A DNA stretch of 64,000 bases from contig NW_002060943.1 of NCBI RefSeq assembly GCF_000150275.1, forward strand, positions 7,060,299 to 7,124,298, in the 5' to 3' direction. The notes below the pieces were generated by a model. That model saw only the letters and a list, made by a program, of their open reading frames with translations. It did not search any database and had not been told where the DNA came from. The DNA is from Trichoplax adhaerens (lineage: Eukaryota > Animalia > Placozoa). Numbering within the stretch: position 1 is the stretch's first letter; every line of letters begins with the position of its first letter. Shown piece after piece: positions 25,443 through 40,790 of the stretch. A program made the position numbers and the translations under genes.

Positions 25443-28400
25443 ATGCAACATTTATTCACTGTAAAAGAATCGATTCCATCCCTATTACATCAATTTCTAT
25501 GTAATAATATTACACTACGTCAATGGCAACTGGTTCGTTGTTGTTTTAAAACATTGATGCTAACATGGCCAAATTATATGCAACAGCATCCAGAATTAAA
25601 GCAAATTTTACTTTGGTTGATCAATGGATCTTCTTCAATTCGGTTGGAATGATGTAGCAATATAGAATTATATTTCAATATACAGTGTGCAATAGATTGA
25701 TCGTACATACAAATGAAAATTTTGCAAAGACGAGTAGCTACGCTTTTGATGGTTTGAAAAAATAGCCAAAAAAATCAAAATTCCTTAATTAAAGTTGGGT
25801 CGAGTAAAGTAGTCAGATTGTACAACAAGGATGCAGTGATTTGATACCTGTGTCATTTTTTTGGATACAACATTATAACTTATTACAACCTTAACCAAGC
25901 TTGTGTTTAGTAAAGTAGTCAGTTTGTACAATAAAGAAGCAGTGATTGATACCTGTATCGTTTTTTTTTAGATACATTACAGTAGAACTCATTGCAACCT
26001 TAATAATGTTGTGTTTAGTAAAGTGGTCAGTTTATACAACAAGGATGCAGTAATCAATCTTGTATAGTTTATTACACAAGATTATAACTTATTGCAACCT
26101 TAACAATGTTGTGTTCAGGTAAAGTTTTCAGTTTGTAGAACTAGCATGTAGTAATTGATATCGGTGTAGTTTATTATACAAAATTTCAACTCATTGCAAC
26201 CTTAACCATGCAATTACTTGGTAACGTAGGAATAACATCGATTTACAATGCCCTTCTTGGATGTTCTACCAAGAATTTGGCGATTTTTTCAAAGAGGTAC
26301 AGTATTACTACGTGTCTGTTTGAAAATGATACTCGTACCTTAGCTTGGTTTGCAGTCCTAAATCTAGTATATACAGCTATCTTGATATTTCATAAGAACC
26401 GTAGGAGAAATTATCTCATGCCAGGGAAATACTACGTTTACTTTATTTTAAATTATGTAAGCATTGCATTTATTACAACGTGTTTAAATGTATTATATTT
26501 CTTTTCTATTGCATTTTGCAATACGAATTAAAAATGGAAAGGGGGAGCTACCGAATAATATTGAAAAAAACATCGATTTCAAAATAGTCTTACAGGAAAT
26601 CACCAAAGTAACAAGTAGCGATAAATTCGATGTGATAAAGGTAAATACATAGCTATTATTACCAACAATTGAAGCTTGCTACTAATACAGTGGCTTATGC
26701 GCATAGACAGATTCTTGAATTTTAATGCAACTACTTCTGTTAGTGCAAATGGCAATATTTACATCTATTGCATACTACACCCTTGTCTTTCAGTAAAAGG
26801 AACCTGTGTTCTGTGATATTTTGGTGACGCACAGTAATCTTTCATTCTACATTTTGTGTTCAAAACGATAATATGTACCGCCACATTCGAATATTATACT
26901 GTACTGCAACGCAAGTGAAAGCGCTATAACGTAATCTTTAAAGCCATTTTACTACATGATATATTAAACTCGTAACTACCACAACCTTTCATTAATAACA
27001 AAAATGGCTAAATGCATGTCCGTACAAAATAAATAAATTGACGTACTGTAGACACATAAAGATATCTTTCATCGATAGGCTAACTTATTTTGTTCATTGT
27101 GTCATGTTATGTAGCAACTACATGATTATTATCAAGCGAATGAAAGAGATACTTTGGATCCAGCCAGTATGGATTTCTTAAGAAATTTATTAGTATCAGA
27201 TCATACATTTTTAGCACATCATGCTATCCAACATTTGATTAATATCACAACTAATGACGAACCTTTGTGGTGGCTGTACATTGACTGTATACAAGATATT
27301 ATTAGGAGCATAAAGAAAGCTGGACGATCAATTGACATTGATCAAAACTATAGTCATAAATTATATACCTTGTTATCTTTGCTTAGACCACCTAGTTCCA
27401 TCGTTTCTCAATTACCACTTGATGAAATATTAACTGAACTAATGAAGATGACAACAATCAGATTGTCAACAGATAGTAAACCGGTGTTAGATATTAAACA
27501 ATTATATGCTTCAATGGTTGATGATTATAAATACATGTCGCCTATTTTACAATCTAAAGAAAATAAGGAATATTTTAAGGAAGATTACTCAAATATATTA
27601 ATTAGCGATGAAAGATTATTTGCTCCATTCGATTGCTTGCTACCTGAAGATAGAAAGACTTTATGGAAAGCTTTCTTTTTTATGTGTTTATCATCGAAGC
27701 ATCACATATTTGAGAAAGTTTTGGTAAGATATTAATTTCATAATTTAAGCACAATAAGTTTATGATACTGTATAGCGTACATTAAATTCGTATAAAAAAT
27801 GTTCAGCATTTCAGAAAAATTTTAGTTAACGTAATCCAGTAGAAGAATACCTTTTGTAAGTGTTTTTGTTTTGCTAGGAATGTGGTTGTGCCTTTGTTCG
27901 TAAAGGGAACTTTAATCAGCTTAGACAGATCTTCAACAATTCAGAATTTAAGCCTTTAAAACTGTTGATGATTTTGATCGGTTGGGACATCTGTATTGAT
28001 TTCAGCGAGAAACAGAATCTTCTCGATGCTTTGTGGACAGAAGCGGTACAGGATCATTTTATTACATTTCTTTGTCAGTAGAAACTAAAATTTGAAATAA
28101 AGTAAATAATATTATTTTATAAATTCACCATTTAGGATATCACAGAATTGTGTCAACCACTGCTAACTGTAGCATGTAAGAAACTTGTTTACAACGTTAA
28201 ATTTGTACGTTGGTGTATGGACAACACAAAGTATGTTGGTTATGATTTTGAAATTATGTTCATTTTTTTATTGCATGAGAAATTTTACCTCTCTTAACTT
28301 TAATATACCTATTCATGATCTTGTATAGACCAGCTTCGCAGTTGGCAACAATGCTAGATGGTTATCATCACAGAGCTGCTGAGTTACTTCGTTCTTTAGA

Positions 28401-31400
28401 TACGCATTCAGCTTTATATACCTTGCATCAATTTACCGATTTAACTCAAATCGATGAAGAAAGCGTCGTCAAAATATTGAGTGAAAATTCTAAAAATTTA
28501 CAAGCAAAAAGTGATGATAATACAGTTAATAGCGATATAGTAACGTATCAATGTTATCTAGCGCTTAGAAATATTATGCAAGCAATACGAAATCAGATGC
28601 GTTTTGAAGACAACAATGTTGATACTCCACTGAAAAATCAAGAACATCAAGAAACAAATGCAAACAACTACGATCACCGTGTAACCAAATATTTAATAAA
28701 AAGCAAAGATGTAATAGCACAAATTCATCCATTAAGCTTTCGATTAGAAGTACTAGAGAATATATTTGCGTTATTATTTCTTACTCATGAAGATGTACGT
28801 AGTAAGAAACAACAAAAATATGAAGACAGTGATGCTCTGCCTGCCGATGATGTGACCGTCGATGACGAAAATTACAATCGAAATTTGTGCAGTAGTATGG
28901 ACAGCCTTGAAAGTGCCCCTGAAACTACGCCTATTAAACTACGATTTCGAAGAAGTACAGATGCCTCAGATCGAGTCCTAGCCTCTACCCCTAGTAAAAC
29001 TTCGACTGATACAAGGGGATCTCATGTCAAAAGAATTAATTTTTTTGCTCAGGAAGCGCTTCAAGAAGAAATCTGTCGTGAAAGTCCAAAAAGTAGCGAT
29101 TCTTCCAATAGTATTATCTCAAAAGAAGAAAATAATAATAGATCAGGTTTCATTTGTAATAAAAATATAGCAGCAAATCTATTGACTCTTGTCAAAGATT
29201 GCCTATTCGAAATAGAAATGGACATAACCCATTTTGCAACAACATCAACAAATAAAAATGAGCAAAAAACAGTATCAGCTAAAGAGACAGATAACGTTAA
29301 CTTTAAACAACGTATTAGTCGTTTAAAGACTTTTGTCAACGAAGCAAAGTGGAGGTTACAACTTGTTTCAAGCAATTTAGACTTACCAACGAAAGGTAGT
29401 TCTTTAAAATCGGACGATTGGCTTAGTGACGATGATATCGATAACTTCTACTACGATTATAGTAGTGATAATGAAGACATAGAAGTACTGGAAGAAGTAA
29501 AACCGGACAATTCTAAAGAGGTAACACCAGAAGGAGATAGTGCATCATCACAAAGATATGATGAAAGTGATAACGTGGTGGTTGGGAGTTCCACTGGACA
29601 ATCGGCTACCTCAAAACCAAAGAAAAAACTAATAAATAAAAAAAGAAAAAGATCATCTAATAGTGGAAGTGGCTTAGCATTTATGAGGTGTTTCAATAGG
29701 CAAAGTGAAACAAGTATAATAAATCGTATGCTTTCACCACCAGATGTACTCATCTTTTCATGTTTGCGTCAGAATAGTTATGATAGAGCACTCAATGTTA
29801 TAGGATTACTCAAACTAGAAGATTCAGATATTGGTGCATTAGCGCAATATGCGTTAATGTATAAAAAATGCGTAGTAGCTTTAGATAATACTAAAATCTC
29901 ATCGTCAACTGCTTCCTCCATTGGAACCATTACAAAAGATAGTAATGATAGCTTATCATCTTTTCGTGCTATTGCTGCAGCCGCTGCTAGCAATGTCCAA
30001 GAGCAATCGGTATCTGGTGTTATTGATCCTATTATTGCTTCTCCAAAATTGATTAAATCCATGAATGCATTAGGTATAGATTTCGAAGAGTTGAGAACCT
30101 CATCTGCGTTTTCACGGTATTTGCTATACAGTAGTACTGGAGTACTAACGATAATCGATCTTCTGTGTACAACGAACAGAATTAATACTTCTAAAAATTT
30201 ATTATCTATGTACCGAAATAGAGTAGCTAAAAATCAAGTAGACTCTTCACAGAATACGTTAGCACCTTGCTTTAGTCAAGGGCCATTGCTGGGGCCCGTT
30301 TTATTTATGGAAGGCATATCAACATTATTGGAATATCTGTTGGAAGTGTATAATACAGAAGACTCTTATCGTCATTTCTTATCTAGCTTAGGCCCATTAA
30401 ATACAAACCAGTACAAGAAGGCAGATATCAACGCTGAAGAGCAACAAACAGCATTCAACACATTATTAACTTTGGTACATCCCGTTACTGATGATGATAG
30501 TATAAATCACAAAGAATCAAAAAATGATACCATGGGTGGAGATTCATTGGATTCAAATGGACAATCTAACGAAAGTAACTTAGCCAAAATTATCGATAAG
30601 GCTATGTTAAAGCTATGTGACACTGTCAGCGAATTCGTAAGAACTAATGAAAGTCTATTTGATAAAGAGTTAGAAACCGAAATCTTATATCTAAACACAT
30701 TATTTGATCACATATCATTATTTGGAAATCTTTATAGAAAGTACATTAAACCACATCAAATTGATGACAGTGATTCCTCAAAATTACCTCACCCTTTTAT
30801 AGTTCTTAACGAAGGTCCGACCTCAATTTTAGGTAATCTAATGTTCGAGTTACACGTATCTCCATACCAATTGCAACAGGTAGCGTCGCAACTAAAACTA
30901 GATTTGGTGAGAGTTATTGTACAAGGGTGTTGTCCTAAAGTGCCTAATATACCAGATCTTGTAATGTCCGAATATACTTTGCCTAAGCTAACTACATTAA
31001 ACGAGTGTGAAGATGCTAAACGCCATAACCAACCTAGACATCCTCTAGATGTTTCTTACGATTTGGTGGCGCAATTAATATCTGTTTTTGCATGTGTTAC
31101 TGATGGAGGAAAAACTATGGATGTTAACGATTTGCTAAAATCTGGCCAAACTAAAGAATTTCAGCAACTGTTACAATCAGCTCAAGAATTATCATACATT
31201 GATTTGGATTTATTGGAATCTGATGTAGAAAGAATCTGTTTCTTTACAAACGTCCTAAACGTTATGATAGCTCATGCGACTATCATTAACTGCCAAAACG
31301 ATATCAATAATAAAACTATTGGCGTAAATAAGAGCGCAACAAAGCTACTGAGTGATTCTTTAATTCTTTCGCACCAACAATTTGTCTCGTGTCAATTGGG

Positions 31401-34400
31401 TTTCTTGCAACATATTTCATATAGAATTGGACAAATGGGCAAATTAAGTGCCTTAGATTTATACTTTAGAATCTTAAGGCATGGTCTATCTACTCCTAAG
31501 CGCTATTTACCAGTTTTAGATGATATTTATTACAGTCATTCTGATGACAACATGTGGTTGAGGTATGCACCATCTCCTGAGCCAAGACTGATGTTTCTTG
31601 TTAATTTTGGCCATGCATCATCTCCTCCCTTGCAGTTCCTTAAACCAAATGATCTTGAAAGCCAACTTTCGTCGGCAACAATGGAATACTTAACCAATAA
31701 TGTCACAATTAACGTTGAAGAGAACGAGGTTGTTATTCCAGAACTTTTGGAATGGTACAAACAAGATTTTTCAAGTCTCCACGTGGGATCTATCGAAGAG
31801 TTAGATAATCGTCAATTACCTCTGACTAGAGTTGCCTCGGACTCTGATATCGCTTATTTATATTCGATAAAATCATTCTTAACCGAAAAAGCTGCAGATC
31901 GATTAGAGCTGGTGTTAAGAGAATGTGAACTACAACAGAAAGTACGATCGCAGACGAACTTTAAAGCAAATAGCGGTCATGCACAAGCTCGTGACGGACG
32001 AAGCAACTTAGATGAAATAACTGGAACGGCGTTTCGTAATAAGTCTTCACTAAAGAATACACCTTTAAAGCTCGTTGTTCAACCATATTCTTGGGTGATT
32101 GGCTATCAAATTAATCCGCAATATTTTAATTTAGCTGCTACTCATTCACCTACTAAGCGTAGGAGTTCATCAAAGAGTTTCCCTTTAACAGTTGATGAAA
32201 AGCACTCTAATGAGACGGCCTACAGCAAGTTTGGATTTACGACAGAAACTTTAAAATATCTTGGAGAACATTCTGAATTAATTTGTACTCTGTCATCATT
32301 AGTAAACCAGACACAGCGTATTGCAATGGAAGAACAACAACGGAGCTATGTTGATGTTGAGAAATTATATGATTTCCTAGTAAAATGTTCTTCACCTGGT
32401 AGAGATCAACTCTACGAGAGTATGCTTCAGTTAGCAGACAAAATTGTAAAATTTCCGGTATTGCAAAGATTTCTCACTCAGCGATTAAGCTCCTTTGTTA
32501 CTTGCACGGAAAATAGCGTAGCCGTTCCATGCTTGTTAGCAGCCGAGAATTCTTCGGTAGTAATGCAAGCTCACATAGTAGCAATCAATGAATGTATCAA
32601 GGAGCGCAACTATCTGCAAGCAATTGACATATACCGTAGTTATCCTAGGCTAATGACGAATTTATTATCAATCCGCTTTTATGACAGCTTACTGAATATA
32701 ATCGCAACCGGTGTCTTGAAAAGTGACAAAGTAACACAAAAATCTTCCATCGATATGGATATTTGGAAAGGTTCTGACCAAAGTTTTGCTAGTCGGTCCT
32801 TTCAATTTTTGACTAAAATGTCAGATATCCACCTTTCATGCAACATTATTTTACAAAATTTAAATAATTGGTCCCTTGATGTTTGCCTTGATTTACTGTG
32901 GTGGGGTAATTATCATTTGTCATACGAATCCACAGACTTAGCAACTAATATAAAACAAAAATATGAAGAAATGAAGATATATAAGCAGGTATATCATAGA
33001 TTTCAAGCTGTTGTTCTACAGTATTTAGTACTACAACTTGCCAGTATTTATAAATTGCCTTAATTTCTTCATTTGCCTTGTTCGTTCTTTCGGTGATTAA
33101 AGTGAATCTGTTTTTTCAATAGCTGATTAATAGATTTTCCAATAATGAAACTGAACTCCATCAGATTGGGATAGATTTTAAGCGATGGGAAAATTGGCAA
33201 AATGTTGCTAAAGATTTACAAGAATATTCTGAAGATATTTTGCTTTGCTTGTGCAGATATGGCGAAGTAGTCCTAGCTAAATCCTTATTGAAATTATTAG
33301 GAATGTATCCTTCTAGTATTCAAAAGGTTATACACAATTAGTTTTGATGATCTAACCATAAAATCTAATAATTATAATAATGCTCACTCTAAGAATACTA
33401 ACAACGTTTCAATTGTAGGCACTTGCAGAATGCGAATTATTATCTTGTGTTGAAGCTGAGTCGGATGTAACAAAGGCTTATTTGGTAAGAACTTTGATGT
33501 AATCTTATTTACAAGAGCTTGTTGTTACTGAAGAAAGATATACATATTCTCATCAACTATGGCTAGATTCTCGAAAATATCAAGGACAGAGGGATTCGAT
33601 TTCATGTATGCGACAAGATCTTAAACCAGATCGATGATCTAGCTATCAAGGCTTTCTTCACGAAGTATATTATTAAAAATCTTCGAGATGAAATTAGTAA
33701 AGAACAGGTTGATCGTATTCTATCTCTTTATCTAGGGTGTAAGGTGAACAAGTATACATATCATTCATCTATTTATCTCTATTTTGTCATATATTTGGCC
33801 AAGTTATGTAAACCATCGTTCACTTAAGTACTTACGCGGACACTTACAGGTTGTCAGCTCTCTGCCAGACTTCGCCCAAGCCGGAGTAGCTCATTTAGTC
33901 CCGAAACCGAAGCTGTTGCTGGAACAGCTCCTAATGAATCGAAAGGTAGCCTCGTATCGATCTAATCCTGCATAACTATGATGTTCATATTATAATCGAT
34001 ATTTAGTATAACGTGAAGATTATTTTGCAGCTTAAATGGGCAAGTCTAGTTTTCGAAAGTTATCGCTCTATCATTAGCAGCAATGAAGTTTGGATCGAAG
34101 ATAAAACTAAAGATATGAATAGTATGGAAGGCTTAGTCCTTGAATTTGCATCTAAAGCGTTACAATTCTCGATCCCTCAGTTAGGTAGATCAGAAGCTAA
34201 TCTCGGTCTGAGTGAGATATATGCAATAGATAATGTAATTTACCTACAGTTTAATTTTATCGTTTAGACCCGGATCGACTTCGGCGAAATTCTGAGATAG
34301 CTGAATCTACCTCAGCTGATATAATTCCCTCGCTCCCAGAGGCAATCAGAGGAGCAAGCTATTCAAAGCCCTTAGCTAGTAAAACAATAGGTCATTAAAA

Positions 34401-37400
34401 GTAATTTAATATTAGTTTTTAATCAATTCTATTGTAGCAATAGTTTTCATACTTTATGAATTACCTTTTGTATAATTTAGATCAAGATTTACCGGAAAAT
34501 CCTCCGCCTAAATCGCAATGGGTACCCGATGCAGCAGTTGTTAGCTGCGCAGTTTGTTCCGAGTACTTTAGTATGGTAAACAGGGCTTATGTATGATATG
34601 TAATCACTGAAATCTCAAAGTTCACTGTGCGGCTAAAAGCATTTTCTTGTATTAAATACAGTTCAATCGCCGTCATCATTGCCGCCGTTGCGGTCGTGTG
34701 GTATGTGACGATTGTTCAAGGCGAAGATGCATTGTTTCTATTTATGGTACTCAGCCAGTGCGAACCTGCGATCAGTGCTATAACCGATTCTATGCGAAAA
34801 AGTAAATGACAGATAATGTGTTATTAGAAGAATATATAATTTATTAATAAACTAAATAAATCTAATTTCAGGTCACGAAAAGAAGAAGACAATAGAAGTA
34901 GTAAGAATTTTACTCTAAACTGAGTTTCATCGAATATGTTTATTTAATGCAATGTAATTCTTATTGTAAATTACAAATATGTATATTTTCTAATCCTAGA
35001 CGGTGAACGACAAGAAAGAAAATTGACTAACAATTTTGGTACAAATAATTTAACTGTGACTGATATGAAATTTAATTTAACAATGGATGACGATAGAAAT
35101 GAGATTGTCCGAGAAGATTTCTATTATGATCAGGTTAATAGCTGCTCTTTCTGGATACACAAATTCCTTGTGAATAATGTTACCTCAAATCAGTATCTTA
35201 CAGGATTCTTTAAAACGTATTACAGTCTCCTAGTACCGCATTATGCATTGCCATTCTGGATATTCTAACCGATTATCAAAAATGTGGGAAACACTTACTA
35301 CAACTAGTGGATGACTTGTCGAAATATTTAATTGTAGCAACACCTAACTACCTATATGAAGAAATCGACCGATCAGTTGTGATAAGGTTTTGATTTTAAT
35401 TTTATGCACAGGATTATCTAAGTAAAATGTCCATAGTAACTGACGTTCTAAATGATAAATAAAATGTGGACCGTTGACGTCACTTTGACCCAATATTTGT
35501 ATTTTTTGAATTTGGCAGTATGATGAAAAGTCTACTATTTTCAGCGAAAATGAATTTTATGAAAGCTGAAGATAGCACATCAGTTGCATTGGAATGTGAT
35601 AGGTAGTAGAACTTCAGTTGGCGTGACCTATTGTTTCTCATGGATAAAACTTTGTACATCAAATGACTAATGATATTTTGATATCCTAGCTACTTAAGCC
35701 TGTTAAGCCTACTGGAACTCTTGGTCAATTCATGTTATTATAACTTGCCGTCAATGAAACAGTTGTCGAAGTCCGGATCAATCAGGTACGCTACTTATTT
35801 TAGTATTTTTGTCTTCACTACATCTTATGTACTTGACTTTATCTTCAAGGCGACTAAGAGATCAGTTACTTGAGGACGAACGCTATTCTCTAGCACTTGA
35901 GGTTTCTACTAAATACGGTCTCGATACTCAAGGTGTTTGCTTTGTGTGGGCTAAATTCTGCTTAAAGTCTGGAGACTTTGAAAGTGCCAGAGAGAAATTT
36001 AGTAGATGTTTTAAGGTATGCTAAAAATATTAGTGGTTTTCGAATGGTCCTTTTTAAACTTTGTGCTATTATAATAACTGCAATATTTTTTATAGTCACG
36101 CCAATCCTTTAAACAGTCAGGACCCGCGTCGGACATAAAGCAATCGCAACTTAATCAGTCCCAAATGCTTAAAGATATTATTGATATCTTGGAGTCGTCA
36201 CCGCTAGTTAGTTATGGTTTGGTAAGCTAAAAACATAAAATAGTGCACGTGTTAATCCGTTTCCTTCTAAATATTAACCGATATTGATTTCATGGATATT
36301 CAATAGACTACTGGGTTCATTCCTGATGTATTGAATTCAACTTCGGAAAATCTATTGGTATTAAAGCTTATTTATCGTACTGATTTATTCATAAATGCAC
36401 ACATAAATCTCATAATTTTATTAACTCTCCCTGTAGCAATCAGATATAGAGACTAATATGGACATGCGAAGGTTTTCAGAGTGCAAGTACTATTTAAATT
36501 TGTATGGAGATCAGTTATCATACATTCGTTTTCATGTACGCCATGGATTTTTGGATGAAGCTTGTCGAAATCTTCAAAAAAATGTAAGATTTTCGATTTC
36601 AGAAAGTTTAACTTGGTTGAATTCATTTTTTGTCTAAATATTTTTATTGTTGATTTAGAATTGTTCAAATGAAATGTTTATGGAAGAGATTCTAAAGCCA
36701 TGCATAGTCAATGGTGACGTGACCGTTTTACTCCAAACTATCCAGACGATTGATCCCGAGTTAGTGTCGTGGGAGCGGTACTTAAATTTCTCTTGCTTGG
36801 CACTGAAGAAAATGTTGCTATTTCATGTTTTATATGAAATTCGACTTTTTATGAAAGTAAGGATGCCAAGTCATGTTGTAGTAACAGTAATGTTGCAGTT
36901 AAAAGTACAAGGGTAAATGTTGTAACTTTCATTATTTTCAATTAGGATTATGTTAGTGCTGCAGCTGTTTGCGTTACTTTGTTTCATGGTAAGAAAGGTC
37001 GTTGTAGTAGTTATGAAGAGTATCACCATCGGTTAAAGTATTTGCTGGATGCTAAGTCGCATTACGAAGTTGTACAACAAGAACTCAAAACTGGAGCTAA
37101 ATCGCCAAGATTGAACTACTGCTCGCCTATTAAACAGCAAGAATTAACGTATTATTTGAAAATGATTGAAATGCAAATTGAGATAACTAAACATTTCCAT
37201 GATAATGGGTATCCATTCCTAAGACATGATACTGATAGTGGTCTGACGCTATTTAGTAGCAAATCGCGACCAGAATTGATTAGTCAGGTATTTGGAAAAA
37301 AGATCACGGATTCTTAATTAAAAATTATTTATATATTCATATAACATAAAAAAAGGAAGTCAATGACAATGTCATTATGTCAATGGTGTTACAGATAATG

Positions 37401-38217
37401 CTTGCTGGAAATTCTTTAATGGAAGGTTTTGAATTAGCCCTTAAAATTGTTCATGTCAGTAACTACTTTAATGTGAATATTTCAAGATATGGTTAGCAAG
37501 AAATTAGTGAATAATGCATGCTCTTTGTTTAATAGGTATTTCATGTTGATCCAATTGGTGCTTTTGGTCGTACTGGAAAATTGCTTGCTCGAGCAAAACA
37601 GTATAAATCAACAATAGATTTAATTAAATTAATCAAGGAACGCCAAGTTTTCGAAGACGAAATAGTAGATAAAATCATTCTGGCACTTTTACCTGCAGTT
37701 AATAAGGGACCAGAAAAGGCAAGTTGTTATATGGCCGTTAACTGTATGAAAATGCTCTAATAGACGTAACTTCATGAATCAGATTATCACATGCCTAGAA
37801 TTTTTTTTAATCCAATAGGACATCGAAACTTTGGTTAAAGAGCTTATCAATCTGATAGCCAGCCTGAAAATCCGGGTCATTTTTTTAAATTATTTGCCAA
37901 TATTTAAATTTTAACTCTTAGTGTTACAACAATTTATAATTTTAAAATGATACCTTTAATACACAATGTCTTACTATTATTAATTTTTAATGGTCTAAAC
38001 TAAATGATATTAATTTATATTACCTACAAACTTTGTATCTTTACAGTTTGAAGCACAAATGGCTTGTAACAGGTTAGTGCAGGCACAGCTAACCGCTGTG
38101 AATCTTGGAGTACCTTATGTCAAGCAAGTGCTCGCTGTTACCGAGAAAGGGCAAAGCACTACTGCAAAGCATGTTGGTAACATTTGTCGTAAATGGCTGG
38201 ATGCACATAAGACTTGA
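25443..38217 (+). CDS. ZFYVE26: Spastizin (ZFYVE26/SPG15), many exons including a ~4.66-kb exon (28330-32988)
   Basis: N-terminus MQHLF...[20 protein letters not shown] resembles the spastizin start; [25 protein letters not shown] and [13 protein letters not shown]; FYVE domain ([34 protein letters not shown]...VRTCDQCY, ~34500-34790); [24 protein letters not shown]; C-terminal ICRKWL. Confidence 0.93.
25803..26215. repeat. Intronic tandem repeat, ~4 diverged copies, period ~101-108 bp
   Basis: (a/g)gtaaagt..tcag.tt.ta.aa...caaccttaa recurs at ~25803, 25909, 26017 and 26118, in ZFYVE26 intron 1. Confidence 0.9.
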
Positions 38218-38864
38218 TATAAATTTTAGATTTTTGATACAACTTTGAAACTGTTGTGCAGTATACTTGCTTATTCAACTCTTGAGGACCTGACTAAATT
38301 GATTTAAAATCAAGACAGATTGTGACAATTTGCCACTTAAATGCACTATAAACGATCGCTTTGGCGATCATTTTTAAAATTTGAAATGTCAGGTTTAGTA
38401 TACGCGCATTCCTGGCCCATTCTATGTTTTTTTGCCTAAAACTAGCTGGGGCACTGACGAGTATATTAGGTATTGTACGATATGCCTACAAAATGGTTAA
38501 AAATTTTCTATATTGTTATTCTGCAAAACTAGTTTGGTTAAAGCAATTTGATTGATATAGCATTATATTTGATAAACATTTTACGACATACATCGTATAA
38601 CAACTAATTGATTTAGCAGTAGAATGATTGTTGATTTGTTGATATTACCTATAGAAGAGATAAGTGATCATAGTCTCGCTGATTTTTTTGTACTATATGT
38701 AAAAATGTAAATACCATTTTGGTTTATTCAATTATTAATATTCAAGTTATATTGTACAAAATTAACATAACATTACAAAAATACACGAGGCAATCATTTC
38801 TTAGCAGACAGGTTTATTTTTTTAATCCATTGAATATAGATGTATGTATAAAAGATGCGTCAGT

Positions 38865-38888
38865 TATATATATATATATATATATATA
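38865..38888. repeat. (TA)12 microsatellite
   Basis: Perfect dinucleotide run between the convergent 3' ends of ZFYVE26 and FICD. Confidence 0.95.
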
Positions 38889-39240
38889 CAGTATACAGTA
38901 TTTACTGCGAAGAAAAAGAATTGTTATTTGATAACCTTTATCAATTAAAAATTGCAGTAATTTATGTTGGCAATGGTCATTGCGAAATTTATATCATCCT
39001 TAAGTAAAGTCCACATGATGGACGTGCTAATAAATTTTAAATTTCGTATATTCTTTTATAGTATTGAATGATTTAATATTTAATAGTTAATATTTTAAAC
39101 ATAGGATAATGTAGCTTGTTTTGTAAATTTAGAAGTATTGATACTCAATTTACACTACCAGCGTTACTCTACATCGAATATAGGATACTAATATTGAATC
39201 TGCCAATACCTTAATAAAGCGACAACACCGTAGCTATGAC

Positions 39241-40790
39241 TTATTTTTTATCATCGCCTTTGGGGGTTGATTCTTTGGAAATTGTAACATCAGTATTAAC
39301 ATCATCATTCTTCTTACGGCGAGCATTATTTAATTCAATAATAGCAGGTACAGATGTATAATTTAGGTATTCATCTAAAGTAAATTCGGTCGTATCAGCA
39401 ATAAAGCGCATAAATGGTCTTACGTCGCCATCATTCGCTTGTGACAGATATTGATAATAATGGAATCGATCGTGAACACGAATAATTATGGGAGGGAAAC
39501 CTGCTCGCATCAATATACAGTTCATGAATAATCGCGCAGTTCTGCCGTTTCCATCCACAAATGGATGAATATGAACTAATTTATAATGAGCTAAGGCTGC
39601 TAATTCAATTGGATGTAATTGCCTTGCTTCACTGGATTTCAACCAATTATCAAATTCTGTCATTTTGGCCGCTACTTGACCAGGAGGTGGTGGCACATGA
39701 TCGGCAATGTAGACTTGGCTATTACGATAGTTACCGGCTTCAAAAGGATCGCTAAAGCCGTAAACACGTCGATGAATTTGTAGGATATCTTGAACATCGA
39801 GTAGTCCAGCCTTATTGATTAATGTGGTATTGATATAACTAAGAGCTTCGTCCATACCGATAATTTCGTTATGTTCCATGACACTTTTACCACCAATAGC
39901 GATACGATTTTCGATAACAGCCCTAGTCATTTGTAAATTCATGGTATTGCCTTCAATTGCTACAGTATGGTAGACATGTTGATAATAACTTTCTCGTTTC
40001 ATCCTTATCAAGGCTGGATCAGTTAATGGAAGAGCATAAAATTTACTACGTTTAGCGGCTATACGTGCTAATCGATCGCGATCAATTTGTTGAACTAATG
40101 GTAGTGTTCTTTTTCGATTGGATAAAGCCAATTGATGATATGGATAATGAGATAATGCTGCTGTATAATAGTATTCAGCTTGAATGACATCTTCATGTTC
40201 TAAGAATTCACCATAATTATTTAATACATCAGGATGACGTGGCGCCATGCGTATAGCGTAGACGAATAATTTGGTTGCTTTCTTCTTATCGCCTTTCCTG
40301 GCTGATCGCCATGCTTGCTTGAGCGTATAAATAACTTCTTTGGTTAAATTTGTGGTTGCTGGTATTGCTATAGAGTTGATAGACAAAGCAGATGTATTGA
40401 TTAGAATTACTTGTTGCTTGTATACGTCAAAGGTATAGTCAAACTACGTGTCGGTATCCAATTTTTGTAATCAATAGCACACTAAGTGGATAACCAACGT
40501 AAAATTGAACTCAATAGTATGACATGCTTCAGTCATGAGTAATACTCACCTGGTGATTTGTTCAGCTGGGATTTTCCTTGATGTTTGCCTTGTAAAAAAC
40601 CAGACATACAATGACTGATACCATCCTTGTTAGGCATTTTAGAACAGGAAAAATGTTCAAAATCCGCCGATTTTCTGGTGTTGTCATAGACGAAGACATT
40701 ATATAGTAATATGATGATGGAACAAAGTAATAAATGGCGCAACATCATTGTAGATGATGACCTGTCACTAGTATGAAGTGTTGTAGCCAT
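39241..40790 (-). CDS. FICD: FICD/HYPE AMPylase; exon 1 40790-40550 (TM anchor), exon 2 ~40410-39241
   Basis: Fic motif HPFVDGNGRTAR, autoinhibitory TVAIEGN, TPR region (PRHPDVLNNYGEFLE), GDVRPFMRFIA; exon 1 has a hydrophobic helix and a gtgagt donor. The exact exon-2 acceptor is unresolved. Confidence 0.96.

Noticed and set aside
24921-25459. Overlapping short ORFs upstream of ZFYVE26
   Set aside because: Explained by locally high GC in a promoter-like region; no recognisable protein signal.
29061-31760. Several minus-strand ORFs of 63-104 aa
   Set aside because: Antisense shadows of the large ZFYVE26 exon with no independent features.
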